From assembly GCF_009914755.1 (NCBI RefSeq), contig NC_060940.1: a stretch of DNA of 64,000 bases; one strand, written 5' to 3'. Below the pieces are notes generated by a model. It had not been told where the DNA came from and ran no database searches. It saw nothing but the letters and a program-made list of their open reading frames with translations. The first letter of the stretch is position 1, and every line of letters begins with the position of its first letter. The DNA is from the human T2T-CHM13v2.0 reference genome, Homo sapiens. Of this stretch, positions 1 to 14,245 are shown piece by piece. Both the position numbers and the translations under genes were made by a program.

Positions 1-245
1 GGCAAGGAAATGGGGTCTTGTGAGGAACTGGATCCTGCCAAAAACTTGAATGAGCTTGGAAGGGAGTTTATCCCCAGAACCTCCAGAAGAGAATGCAGCC
101 TTGCTGATACATGGATGTCTTGAGAACAACTGAGAAACTCTAGATAGAAAAAAACAGCTCAACCATGCTGTGCCCAGACTCCTGGAGTCATTTTAAATGG
201 CTAAGTTTGTAATAATTTGTTAGGTAGCAGCAGAAAACTAATACA
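1..245 (+). mobile_element. MLT1-family (ERVL-MaLR) LTR, 3' part, cut by window edge
   Basis: MaLR-type motifs ccccagaacctccagaagagaatgcagcc and the terminal ...taatttgttaggtagcagcagaaaactaataca. Confidence 0.75.
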
Positions 246-1764
246 AGTAGGAAGGTTGTAATTCAATAAAACTAAGTGAAATCTTGCCATTCATATTTGG
301 GGTAAAAAACAAGTTTTGATCCTTGTTTCTTGATAACCAAACATAGAATCATTTTTAATGCAAAGAACACAGAATTTGCAATTGACAATATACATATAGT
401 GGTCTCAACTCTTTCTCTTTTACTTCTTTGACTTTGAAGAAACCTTTAAACCTTTCTGGACTTCAGTGTCCTCAAGATTTTTTTTTAAAAAAAGATTAAT
501 ATTACCTCTTTCAACTAACTGCTATAGAGAGGTTAAGAATAGCATACAAAATAAGTGAAAAAGTCTTGTAAACTATAAAATGCTAGTCATATATACAGAA
601 TCAGATATAGTGTACGTTTAAATTACGCCTCATTGAACTTTTCTCTGGTCATAAGAAAGTTCTTCAGATGTTGAAATACCATAATTTACTGTTCAAAAAT
701 CTCATCATTGCAAGTGACAGTAGATGAAAGTGAAAACAAACACTTTGAAAACCCCTTGTCGTCACCCACCCTTCTTATCAGAGGTAGTTTTTTAATAGTA
801 GAGTCTCAGACACAAATGTATATCACGTCCTTTTTTTTTTTTTTTAAGAGCTGTAAAGTAAAAGCTGTATTTTATTGGATTAATTGAAAAAACTAGTCCA
901 TCCAACTTTTTCTCTTTTGATGTCAAATGTACTCAGGTACGTTGTAAATAATTCAGGTGTTATTTGTAAACAAGATTGCTCTCAGATGAACAGGATGGAA
1001 ATTACTGAGAGACAGGATATGGGTGAGTTGTGTGTTGTGAAAGAGCCATGCAGAAATGAACTCGGGGTTAACAGAAGATATATCTAATATGTAATACCTT
1101 CCTATGCACGGTGCCAAATCATTAGTTTATGGCAACCTTTCCTCTGCTTTTAGTGTGTGTTAACTTTTGCAGTGAGCAGATGCAGCCACGCACATTCTGT
1201 TCGGCAGAAGGCAGATGCCAGTCCCTGAAATGGGCGCCCAGTTCCAAGGGCAACATCTGGATCCCTGGGCTTGGCTCTGTTCCTGTCTGTGCTTGTGGCT
1301 ATACAATGCCCCCTGGAGACATTTTATGATTAGTCTGCGACAGAGTTGGCATGAGTGTCTTGTCTCCCTGGCAACCATTTTCCCTTTGATTCTTATACAT
1401 CTGCTCAGCAATATACTGTATTTGGGAAACTGCTCCCTACCTTATTTCCAATCACAAAGCCAATGACAGAGGACTTTTGCTGAATGGGATATCATTTTCC
1501 CCGGCGTCTGAAGCTATTGTTTTCCAGTGTGCTCATAACTGCATCAAACTGCAGAGTACATCTTCTCTGCAAGGCCACTAAGTTTAGGACAAGCATTAGA
1601 TTCTAATGAATACTCAGAGGCACCTCTTGAATAAGTGAGGAGTTTTCAGAAGCTAAGTGGGAGCTAAGTGGTTAGAGCAGCCTGGCCAGCCTTGTTTCTT
1701 GGCTAAGAAGAACCTGGTTGGATGAATCTGTATTTTTCACTTAAAACAAATTATTAATACAATT

Positions 1765-1970
1765 TTTGATTGACAAAGCATAATTGTATATGTTTCTGGG
1801 GTATGATGTGATGTTTTGATATATGTATACAATGTAGCATGATTAAATCAAGCTAATTTACCTGTCTATCACCTTGCTTACCTATCATTTTTTAAGTTGA
1901 GACATTTAAAACTTATTCTCTTTGTTGTTTTGAGATATATAATACATTATTGTTGACTGTATTCCTCACT
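1765..1970 (-). mobile_element. L1MA-type LINE-1 3' end fragment
   Basis: taattgtatatgtttctggggtatgatgtgatgttttgatatatgtatacaatgt... resembles the reverse complement of the L1MA 3' UTR. Confidence 0.7.
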
Positions 1971-2374
1971 GTCTCTCTCTTGCTCTTTTTTATTGTCAGA
2001 TCCTTACTTACAGAAGTAAGAACTCAGACTTCCCTTATCTGAAAGAGCATTAGGCTATACCTTTATTTACTCCCTCCCAGCAAAAGGCTATTGTTAACAG
2101 GTATCCCTCAGGTTGCCCTTTTGTCTGTAGAGAAACAAGTGTGAGATTGAGGCATGTGTCAACACTGAGTCAGTTATTAGCCATATCGCAGGTGAAACTG
2201 GAGAACAGATTAGAAGAAAAATGAACTCTTATCCCCAGCCCATCCTGTATGTTTCCATTAATAAGTGTTTTGAATTATGTGCAGAAAGAAAGGAGTAAAA
2301 ATTTCAGAATAATATCCTGTGACCTGGAGTTTACAGAAGATAATTTTAAAAATTAACAGCTACCTGTTAGTCTA

Positions 2375-2425
2375 AGAGTGTATTTCCATTTTACAGATGA
2401 AAAAATTGAGGCTCAAAGAAGTCCA
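2375..2425 (-). mobile_element. MIR core fragment
   Basis: ccattttacagatgaaaaaattgaggctcaaagaagt, the MIR core in reverse orientation. Confidence 0.6.
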
Positions 2426-3374
2426 CCAAATTGAGAATGAAGTAGGGGAAACAGCATTTAACGCTTACATTCTAATGATTTGTGTAAGAGCAGCAGGACA
2501 AGCTATACAAAGGTAAGACAATTCATCTAACAACGAGGCCATGGAGAGAGTTGTCAAGGAAGACAGCCTTCAGTAATTACCTTACCATCACTCTTTTCTA
2601 GAAAAAGGTGGAATTATCAGGATGGAATTAAAGATGCTTCCAAACAGAGGGGATATCTCAAGCCATGACTCAGAGGTAAGAGTAAGAGACTATGATGTGC
2701 ACAGGAGCTGTTTAAAAAGTTCACTCACCTCTACTCATTCATAGAGACACATTTCAAATACCACCTCCTATCAGAAGCCCCCATAAATTATCACCATAAC
2801 ATTCTCTCCATTCCTCCTTGAGGGAGGTAAAATGTAACAATTATCAGATAAAAAGATCTTTAGGAACCTAAAACTCAAAAGATAGTTCATTTTAGGAATG
2901 AAAATGGGTCTGCAGCCTGTGTGAACCCATAAATCATGGTATTATAGGACCAGTGCTCTTCCTGCCAACATTTTCCCTAACTGCCAGCTTGTGGGTGCCA
3001 AGCACTCTCTTGCATTATAGGATTTAACACAGGACCTGACTTAATATAGCAATGTTTTCTTATCATGTCTCATCATTTCTTCTTTCTTCTGGATACACCA
3101 ACGTTTTGTCCTCCTTTTTTTTTTTTCTGTTGTAAATGGGAAAAAGCTTGAAAAAGACTCGATGGCTATCATTTCAATACATAGAATAAATAGTTCCATT
3201 CAATTTATTTCAATTGAATAGACAGATCCATTCAGTCTACAATACTGAAGGATCCAGATTAATCACCTCCCAAAATTGACTGGAATAAATAGAGATAAAT
3301 AAAAACCAAATACAGATATGAGTTCAAATTCTAAAGAGTGCCTACTGTAACTACAGGTCCAAAAGCTAATACTA

Positions 3375-3560
3375 GAAGTCCCTGTTTCTTTATTATTAAC
3401 TGGGTGATCCTTAGTTATTCAACCATGTGACCTGAGTAACTTTTAAGTTCCTCATCTCTAAAATGGATATTTATGAATAAGAGCACCACTGCATCAAATT
3501 GCTGTGAGAATTAAAACAATTTATAAATAATACTTGGGCAGAGCCTGACTAATAGTAATA
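3375..3560 (+). mobile_element. MIR SINE
   Basis: tgtgacctgagtaac...agttcctcatctctaaaatgg...ttgctgtgagaattaaa. Confidence 0.65.
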
Positions 3561-3589
3561 TAGTAATTATAAGCATTGAGGTTGGTAAG

Positions 3590-3920
3590 GTTTACAGGAG
3601 TCTGAAACAGACATTAACATGAAAGAAGATTCTTGAAAAGTGAACTTGGGATCCACATCTATAGCAAAAGCAAAGAGATAAGATTGGGCAGAGTGAGAAG
3701 TTAGGACGAGAAGAGGTCACAGCAAGGTTTCTGCCCACCCCTCCAAGAACCCTGGAGCTCAGAAGACCCCTCTGAATGGTCCTGAATTAGGGTGAAGGTC
3801 TTTCCTTTCAGTGAGGCAGCTTTCTTGAGCAGAAAGCAATACCTAGAGAGGACCACTCTAAGCAGCTGTGAGAGTAACTTCCTTCAGTCATGAAGGTCAA
3901 TCTGGAAGGCACAGTAAATT
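3590..3920. mobile_element. Old ERVL LTR (LTR33-like)
   Basis: agattgggcagagtgagaagtt...cctggagctcagaagacccctctgaatggtcctgaattag resembles the recalled LTR33 consensus. Confidence 0.45.
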
Positions 3921-4664
3921 ATTACTAAAACATTTAGTAATTATTGTGTATTAGTATGACTTTTATGTTTTTTTTTTTTTTGGTTGTTAATCTTGAAACA
4001 TTTTCTTCCATTTTTCAGTTCCTTACACAAATAATTAACCCTTAGGGAGCCCCAGGCAATAGTGCAAACAGCAGGCCGTGTATCATATGTTTAATTATGT
4101 AAGAGGTACAAAGTAAACTACTAGACAGTTAAATACATATATGTGCTGTGTCTTATGAAAGATACACCTTTATAATGACTTAGGAGGCTAAGTAGGAATT
4201 AAAGACTTTTAGACCCCTTGGAAATCTGTTTTGGTACATGGTGGTGTGAGAAGAGTTAGTTCCCAGGCTCCAGACCACTACCTGGCCTCTTTCCCACCCC
4301 AACTCTGTGCTTTTGCTTCATCCTACACCACAAAGTGCTCACATGGATGTGTACGGAACCCCAGCTTGCATTCCCAAGTACTGTCCATGACTCCCACAAA
4401 CAGCTACCCCTTTGCTGTCCATCAGGGAAGCCATGCATACATTGATGATATCAGTAATCCGCAGAAGGGCAGACTTGCGCAGGAGGCATGCAGAGGATCT
4501 CAATGCAAGCTTGGGACCCTTAGGGAAAAGAATTAAGGTGATTCAGCTACCTGGAGCAAGATCCAGAAAGGGGAGGGACCTTCAAGTGGGCTTGTCCCCT
4601 TGGCTCTGGATATACCTTATTCTGTTGAGAGGGGTACAGCTGGAGGAACAGTGTAAAGTTCAGG

Positions 4665-4785
4665 TAAGGTGGACTAGTCTTGGTTAGTCCATAACTAACC
4701 CATAACTAAAGGGTTCCCCAAATGTGAAAATTGTAGTGCTAAAACCAGTGAAGTCCTAGCCAAACTGGAACAAGTTAGTCATCCT
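4665..4785. mobile_element. MER94-like hAT-Blackjack MITE
   Basis: ...tagtgctaaaaccagtgaagtcctagccaaactggaacaagttagtcatcct with degenerate terminal inverted repeats. Confidence 0.55.
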
Positions 4786-4828
4786 TATAGGACCTGATGC
4801 TAGGTCCCCCTTACTCTGGTCTAAGAGC

Positions 4829-5670
4829 TGTACTATCCTGTGATAAAATAAAAAATATATATTTATATATTGTCTGTGCCCCCATTTCCTGGCACTTATC
4901 TCCTAAAACCACTAGCATCTCCAAAGTGATGTATCTTTTTGCTTACTAATGAGATGACTGGTGACTGGAAGCTCCTGAATAGTCTCAGGGTGAGGGCTGA
5001 TTTCTGGGAGAATCAACCATGTGATTAGAGAGTTGGAGCATTTAGCCCCACCCCTGACCTCCAGGGAGGGTACAGGGGCTCAAGATTGAGTTGATTACCA
5101 ATAGCCAATGATTTAGTGAATCCTGACTGTGTAATCAAACTTCCACAAAAATTCAAAAGGATGGGTTTTAGAGGGCTTCTTGGTTGGTGAATACATGGAG
5201 GTCCTGGCAAAGCGGCATGCCTGGAAAGAGCATGGAAACTCCACACCCCTTCTTGTATACCTTGCCCTCTGCATTTCTTCCATCTGGCTGTCCCTGATTG
5301 TGTCTATAAGTTTATATAATAAATTGGTAATCTTGCAAGTAAATCATTTTTTGGAGTTCTGTGAGCTATTCAAGCCAATAATTCAACCTGAGTGGAGGCG
5401 GTGGGAACCTCTGATTTACAGCGCAAGTGACAACTGAACTTGCAATTGGCATCTGCAATTGGGCCAGTCTTCTGGGACTGAGGCCTTAGCTGATAGTGTG
5501 AAATCTGACACTATCTCCAGGTAGTTGCAGCTGAGCTAAATTGTAGGGCACCCAGTTGGTGTCTGCAGAGAATTTGAGAATTGCTTGGTATGGGAAAAAC
5601 CTGCAAATTAGGTGTCAGAAGTGAAGAGAGTGACGTCAATATAAAAGGAAAAACAGCTTTTCTCCTTTCA
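4829..5670 (+). mobile_element. MER21-family solo LTR
   Basis: cccatttcctggcac...tcctaaaacc; caaccatgtgattagagagttggag...cccacccctgacctccagggaggg; aaattgtagggcacccagttggtgtc. Confidence 0.8.
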
Positions 5671-5689
5671 TATCCTCACACATCTCTAT

Positions 5690-5840
5690 TTCTTCTTGTC
5701 CAGGATATATGCACATGCTGTTCTTTCTCTGGAAGGCTGGGGCCTCCCTCTACCCTTTCTATGTATCTAGTTAAGCCTTTCATACTCTTCAGATCTCAGC
5801 TCACTTGTCTTTTCTTCAGGGAAAACTTGCCAGATCTTCT
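5690..5840 (+). mobile_element. L2 fragment
   Basis: gcacatgctgttctttctctggaa...ttcagatctcagctca...ttcttcagggaaaac. Confidence 0.55.
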
Positions 5841-6399
5841 TAAAAGGGTGATTTAATTTAGTTTGATGTTCTTACAGCAATATGTGCCACCCCATCTATA
5901 GCTCTCATCACGGCAGCAAATTTACATGCGTTTCCTACAGCAGATAAGCGTTTGTCCTTAGTATTCCACACATCTTGCTACACCAGCTACTTTGTTGAGC
6001 ACAGTTGCTCATTCTTAAGTGCTCAGCAGTAGGCAGATTCTTCTTATTTTAGAGCACAGTCTTATTATGGAATGAAGGCGATCATAGAAAGGGCCATAAT
6101 TTCTTCTGGGGGCTCTGACTGGATTGCTCATTAAATGCTTGGAGAGAGAAAACCTTTCAGAGAAATTATCCTTTCACTGTGTGACTGAATGGAGTTTGAA
6201 CAATTTCCTGGGGTACAATGCATTATCTCTTCCCGATTTTGTGGCAAATTCTTCTTAAGCATGTGGGGTGTCAACTCCAAGTAATTAATTAATTAATTGG
6301 CAAACACTGATTGAACCTGCATAGTACCCTGCCTCTCCAAATAAATACTATCATTTAAGTTAGCAAATAGAGCTGTAATGAGAGTTAAATGAAGTAATG

Positions 6400-6580
6400 A
6401 GGCAAATACCCCTCATTTGGGATAGTGTGTTCAGGGAAGGCATCTCCAAGGAAGTAACATTGGTTCTGACATCTGTGAAGACAGAAGAAATGAGCCATTC
6501 AGCTGTCAGGGAGAAGGGTACCTCAAGCAGAAGACATAGCAATGGTAAAGACTGTGAGACAGGAATGATCTTGCAGGTGA
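6400..6580 (-). mobile_element. L2 fragment
   Basis: tcagggaaggcatctccaaggaagtaacattg...agcagaagacatagcaatggtaaagactgtgag. Confidence 0.6.
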
Positions 6581-7033
6581 AAGAGTAGTTCAGCTGGGAT
6601 CCTTGCACAAAGAGAATAGCAAGGTTGATGGACAGCCATGTGGAGCCCAGAAAGTACAACACCTTTGATGACAGAGAAGCATGGCAAGTGACTGCCCCTA
6701 TCCTCACTACATCTGAGGGCATAGTATGTGAGGTCTCACTGTAGAACATCTGGGACTTGACAATGGCAAGTTTACAAGATGAAAGAGGGCACCTAACTCA
6801 AATGTCCAAGGAAAGACACCAGGTGATGGAGGGGACTATGAGATAAAGAAGGTTGTGAAATGAGAAGAGAGGAACAAGGAAATAGAAAATGCTCAATAAA
6901 TGGTTGCTCTTATTGTTAAAAAGACAGGCAATCTGCTAAAATCTTTGAAATAATAAATGACCCAACTATTTTCCTTCTATGTATAATGGGGCTAGTAATG
7001 CATTCTTTCTAATAGAGTAGTGAGTTTATACAT

Positions 7034-7387
7034 TGATATGGTTTGGCTGTGTCCCCACTCAAATCTCACCTTGAATTTTAATAATCCCCACATGTCAAGG
7101 GAAGAGCCAGGCATAGATAATTAAATCTTGGGGAGGTTTCCTTATACTGTTCTTGTGGTAGGAAATAAGTGTCATGAGATTTGATTGTGTTAAAATGGGA
7201 GCTCTCCTGCACAAGCTCTCTTAGGCTGCTGCCATGTAAGATGTGACTTTGCTCCTCCTTCACCTTCTGCTATGATTGTGAGGCCTCCCTAACCATGTGG
7301 AACTGTGGGTCAATTAAAACTCTTTCCTTTATAAATTACCCAGTCTTGGGTATATCTATATGAGCAGTGTGAGAATGGACTAATACA
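7034..7387 (+). mobile_element. THE1 (ERVL-MaLR) solo LTR
   Basis: Starts tgatatggtttggctgtgtcccc and ends gaatggactaataca; 5-bp TSD tacat/cacat. Confidence 0.93.
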
Positions 7388-7607
7388 CACATACTAAATA
7401 GTTTCTCCCAGTTTATGCAATTAGTAAATGACTGAGGCAAGATATGCAATAAGTGTTCCAAGTCCAGAGCCTCCAGACTCATAATCAATTATAGCATACA
7501 ACCTGGCTTAATGAGGCACGAAGGGGGTGGTGGAAATGAATGCTGGCAAAGGCTGGAGGATGTCTGCAACATACCTTTTGTGAGTGAGAATATTTAAAAA
7601 TATAATG

Positions 7608-8280
<673 letters not shown>

Positions 8281-8750
8281 TACTAAATAATTTTATCATG
8301 AAAATGTTTTCTTAAAAATATAAAATAATCTTAATTTAAAACAAATCATTAGAGAGAAATTTTTATTAAATCCCAATACTTACAGATAAGTTCTGTGAAC
8401 ATTTTGATATATTGTGGTCCATTGTCTTTCTGTACATATTTTTATGTACATATGTCTTTCTGTACATATTTTACATACATATATACATAAAATAACATGT
8501 CTAAGTTTTACCATATGCCTCTGCTTAACATGATCCTATGGCATTAAATATGCTTTGACAATATTATTGTATTGTCTGCATAATACTTTACCTTAGATAC
8601 CATAATTTATTTTATTCTTCCCCTTTTTCAATCATTTAGTTTTTAATTTATTATTATTACAACCAATGCCTCAATGAATAGCCGTATGTGTCATTAAAAG
8701 TATAGTCAATGATTTATTTGTTTTCTCTACACTGATAGAGCTGAAATCAC

Positions 8751-9551
8751 TGTGAAATTATTTAACTATTGCTTCTCATGTAGACAGAATTAAGAATACC
8801 TGAAATGCAGTCTGGGGTTTCCTTTGGAAGCATGTAGATATTTAGATACCTTATAATATGCACATTTAATTTTTAATGGGTATGTAATATATTCATTGAC
8901 TTCTTTTCTTATTATGTTCTTTTGTACACTATTTATCTCCTAGCTTGTGATAAGAGCTCAGTAATTATTTGTTGAATGAGAGTTTGAATGCAATTCCTGG
9001 TCAAAGTATGTAAATAAGTTTAAGAGAACAAGTCTTGAAAGGGATCAGAATAGTGCAAACGTCAGGACTTTCACAAGGTAGAAACTTAGTCCAGCTTTAG
9101 CTTTTATGCTTTGGCTAAAAAGGAGGCCATGTGTGCATGCACTGTAAAACAGAAAACATCCCTAATTGCCTTGTGTTCAGACAGTCCTGGGGTGCACTCA
9201 TTTCCTGATATTCACCAGAACACCAATCTTCACTTAACACAGTTAATGATATAATTTTTATTTTTAAAAGGGAGTGCTGATGTTGCTACCAGCTTCAGAA
9301 GATGTTTCAAATCTGGTTGTGGAGTCATTCTATTTCCAATTAAGCAGTGGGGGGATTCAATTACAAGCTGTGGGAAGCGAAGAGTTTGTGTCAATAAACC
9401 AGCAGTGGTATTAAGGGTGGTTGTCTGGTTTGCAAACATTAACAGCTTGAATCCTAAAGGCGTATGCTTGTGAAATTATCTAACTATTGCTTCTCATGTA
9501 GACAGGATTAAGAATACCTGAAATCTAGCCTGGGGTTTCCTTTGGAAGCAT
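8751..9551 (+). repeat. 83-bp direct repeat pair (8751-8833 and 9469-9551)
   Basis: Manual alignment gives 78/83 identical, no gaps, offset 718 bp. Confidence 0.95.
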
Positions 9552-11080
9552 TTTCTCTCCTTGAACTCACAGGGAATTTGGGCATTAAAGTAGCGTATTA
9601 AAGGACTCAGTGGGAGCTCGTTAACAAGGTTAAAGCCATTACAAAAAAAAGTGTCAGAAAAGTATTCCGAAGAAGGCAAAATAATTTGTTGCAAGATCTG
9701 GTTAGAAATGAAAAGGGTAAGATTCACTTAAAAATTATAATTTTGGGAGGTCATAGGGCTTTGGAAAAAAATATAAACACACACATGCACCATACACACA
9801 CTCACAAACACACACGCACCACACAAAACAGGAAACTGAAGTCTTAAAAGGTGAAGGCAATACCCAAGGCCTGTCAACTAACTAGCAGATATGAAGTGTC
9901 TACTATGTGTCGGGTGGTCTGCTAAGAGTCAGATATATAAATGGAATAATAAGTGTTAGTATCTTTCCTTAAGAAATTTATAGCCCAGCTACAATTTATT
10001 ATTTTTTTCTTTGGTTTTATTGACTAACCTAAACTGTGCTGAGCCCTTTGCCAAACAAGTTAATCTTCCAAATATTTTTAAATTGTTTATTGTCAGCTTT
10101 TCCGTTGCCTCCTCTTATTATCTTTCCTATTTGGCAATACAATTTTAATTTTTTTAATCATTGGCTTTGAAAAAAACTTTGCTAATAGGACTGGTTCAGA
10201 GTATTTAGCCTTCATGTCATCCCCTTTCGAAAGAAAATTTCTCAATTGGATTGGAAAATTTAATTCCTTGCCTGTATGTTTTCCAAAACAAGGACTATTT
10301 CCATTTACTTTCCTGTGAAGCTGAATATAATTCCAGTTTCTCACAATTTGCTACTCACTGTTCTCCTGGGGAAATGAATGATTCATCTGACTTGTGTCTT
10401 TGGGAGAGGGAATCAAGCATGTCCAACTCAGATATTTTCTCTTCTGCTCTGCTCATATTTGGGGTGAGCCAGGCATATGGTCAGAGCAGACTGTTATCGT
10501 CTGGCTTTAAGTTTGGATTCAGGAGTAAAATGGTAGCATGCCCATTTGGTCACAGACTTAAAACCACATTTCTAATCTCCTTTTTTGGAAGCAAAAGTTT
10601 AGGTTTTGACTTCCATTATTCTAACTCTTGGTCTCTCAATTGATTCTAGACTTAAAGAGAGGGAGAAAGAGGATTTTATTGGACAGGATGAGGGTCCTGA
10701 ACCACAGTACATATATATGGCTTATGAGCACTGTAAAGAAGCTAGATTTTACTACCTAATGTAACTGTTTTCCAGACAGAAAGAATCATCTTCACTAAAT
10801 GGCCTCAAAAGACAATGTTTTCCTGGTAAGACAAGAGATTAAAGGAATGAATAGACTCTTGGTTCACTCTCTCTATCTTACTGTCTCTCTTTCTATCTTT
10901 CTTTCTCTCTCTCTCTCTCTTTCAAAAGATACGGAATTAGTCGGAGGAAAGAAAGTGAGGAAAAAATGCACAAAGTAAATTTTCAGGATTTCAAAACCTT
11001 AATCCTGTAAGCAAATAGAGAATGGAAGTTGTCCTGGGGAGCTTCAGATAACGAAGTATGAAAGAACGGTAGAGGTTTAC

Positions 11081-11166
11081 TTTTCTCCTCCACCTTCCTC
11101 CTCCTCCTCCTCCTCTTTCTCCTTCTTCTTCTTCTTCCTCTTCTTGTTTTTCTTCTTCCTCTTTTT
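11081..11166. repeat. (CCT)n/(CTT)n polypyrimidine tract
   Basis: Direct inspection. Confidence 0.9.
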
Positions 11167-11457
11167 CATTTACTTTAATTTTACATTCCAGGATACACAT
11201 GCAGGATGTGCAGGTTTGTTACATAGGTAAATGTGTGCCACGGTGGTTAGCTGCACCTATCAACCCATCACCTGGGTATGCAACCCTGCATGCATTAGCT
11301 GCTTATCCTGATGCTCTCCCTCTCGCTGCCCCAACCACAGACCCCAGTGTGTGTCATTCCCCTCCCTATGTCCATGTGTTCTCATTGTTCAGCTCTCTCT
11401 TTTGAGTGAGAGCATGTGGTCTTTGGTTTTCTGTCTCTGTGTAAGTTTGCTGAGGAT
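11167..11457 (-). mobile_element. 5'-truncated L1PA 3' end
   Basis: ggatacacatgcaggatgtgcaggtttgttacataggtaaatgtgtgcca...agtgagagcatgtggtctttggttttctg is the reverse-strand L1PA 3' UTR. Confidence 0.92.
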
Positions 11458-11567
11458 CTTCTCCTTCTCCTTAGCCTTTTCCTTCTCTTTCTCCTTCTCC
11501 TCCTCCTCTTCTTCCTCCTCCTCCACCTCCCTTTTTCTCCTTCCTTCCTTCCTGCTTCTTCCTTCTG
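11458..11567. repeat. CT-rich low-complexity tract
   Basis: Direct inspection. Confidence 0.9.
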
Positions 11568-11731
11568 GATCTTTTATCATTTGAAATGGGAGCATAGGAC
11601 GGGATGGTCTTGATGTATTGAAATTCTATCAACGTCATTTTTCCCCAAATATGTATTTGCTGCTTTATAGATCAGAAGACAGTTTATCTTTAAAATAAAC
11701 TGTTATTTTTCCAGGATGGAATTTGGAACTT

Positions 11732-11790
11732 TGTGTGTGTGTATGTGTGTGTGTGAGTGTGTATGTATGCCGTGATGTGTTTGTGTGTAC
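11732..11790. repeat. Imperfect (TG)n microsatellite
   Basis: Direct inspection. Confidence 0.85.
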
Positions 11791-11892
11791 AAGCAAAAGT
11801 ACACACAGGTTCAGGCATGTGAGAACAAGCGAAAGCAGTTAAGAAAAGGGGTAGAAAAGAACCAAGAAAATTGCCCTCCCATCCTCTTCTCC

Positions 11893-12692
<800 letters not shown>

Positions 12693-14044
12693 GGGAAGAT
12701 TAATGACTAAATGGTATATTATCAATGTTATACAGTTATTCTGATTTTCACATATTTGTGAAGAACGAGGTATACGCCTCCTTTTTGTACATGTGCAACA
12801 ATTCCTATGATGAGTGCATTACAAAAAACACGTGGGCTTATTGCCATTATTTTTCTTCCTACTGGGAGATTTGTAGGTGTATTTCAAACCTTTCACATCT
12901 GGATTTACAGGAGTATTCAAAGCTTTGAAAGTCCGTGAAGGCAGTGGATAGTCAATATATGCTTCCTCCGGGAAAACTGGTGAGAAATCGGAAAAGGGAA
13001 TTAACCCCTTACATCCTTTTAGTGAAGTATTATTTAGTGAAGTATTATTATGAAAAGTCTCTTAAACATAAAATGCCATACATGTGGCCTGGACCTAGGC
13101 TTAGGGAGAATGGAAGGTAGGTGTGATGTGAACAGTTCTGAGAGCCTGACAGCAAATGCGGAGGATTTATTAACAGATGAAAAGCCCATTAAATATCATA
13201 GAGCCATTCTTCTCTAAGCCGTTCAGTTTACTTCTTACATAAGGAAATATGTTTCATAGCTTATTCAGGAAATAATTGGATTTTAAAAACCCTAAAATTA
13301 ATTATAATATAAAATTATTGCATTTTCCTTAAACAAAATAGAGTAGTAAAATTTTGAGTGTCTTAACTAAAGCCATCTTTTTTTCATATAAACTTCCATT
13401 TCAAAGAAGTTCAGATTTTAATAGTTCTTAAAAGTCTCTCTTTTAAAGAACCCTAAACTTTACTATTATAGTTAAAATTGGATTATAAAATCAATCTAAT
13501 ATAAATTGAATCATTAATTAAGTCAATTTTAAAAGAAATAATTTAATTTCATTAAGGAATTGTTATACTGATATTACAAAGTGAATGGATTCCTGTAATT
13601 AAAAAGCATTGAATTCCATATGACCATTTATCTTTTCTCCTCTTTTAGCCATTTTGGTGAATTTCTAAAACAGAATTTAATTAAATGCTGAAACAAAGAC
13701 ATAATTCAAAATTAAAATTCTATGGAAGAACTCACTTGCAAATCACCAAAAGAGTTTTCCTTCGATATTTCAAGGGACCATAGCAAAGTGAAATATATAT
13801 AAAGTTATTAGAATGTATATAACAGAATCACAGGTATTAAAGTGATATTCATTATCCATGTGATCTCCCACCAAGTAAAGAACCATTTTCTAAATGTCTT
13901 AAATGAACATTTAGTAGGTGATTGACATTTTCCTGGAATTCAGACCCAGATTCAAAAGTATGTTTTCCAGCATTAGATTTGGTGTTATACAAATCTTACT
14001 GAAAATAAACTGGAGTTTTGTAAGATTATAATTTTGAGGAAAGA

Positions 14045-14245
14045 GTTGTTAGGGACAGGCAGACCTGACCTTGGCCTTCATCAGTGGTAGTGAGCTTTGT
14101 CAAATCATTAACCTCACTGAGGCTTAGTTTCTGCATTTATAAATGAAGTAACATGTCTCACATTGAGTTGTTACAAGGATTACATGTAATATCACTTGTC
14201 AACTCTCCACTGCAGGCCGTGGGACATGGAGACAATCAGTGAATA
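14045..14245 (+). mobile_element. MIR SINE
   Basis: caaatcattaacctcactgaggcttagtttctgcatttataaatg...gttgttacaaggatta. Confidence 0.7.

Noticed and set aside
7118-7128. DUX4 site in the THE1 LTR
   Set aside because: Reads TAATTAAATCT; the terminal A of the AATCA half is lost, so it is probably degraded
10991-11613. Poly-Glu/Lys and poly-Ser/Leu ORFs
   Set aside because: Translations of CT-rich simple repeats and an L1 3' UTR
13018-13047. 15-bp tandem duplication (tttagtgaagtatta x2), and similar 10-11-bp doublets near 1650, 4690 and 16952
   Set aside because: Ordinary slippage microduplications expected in 64 kb
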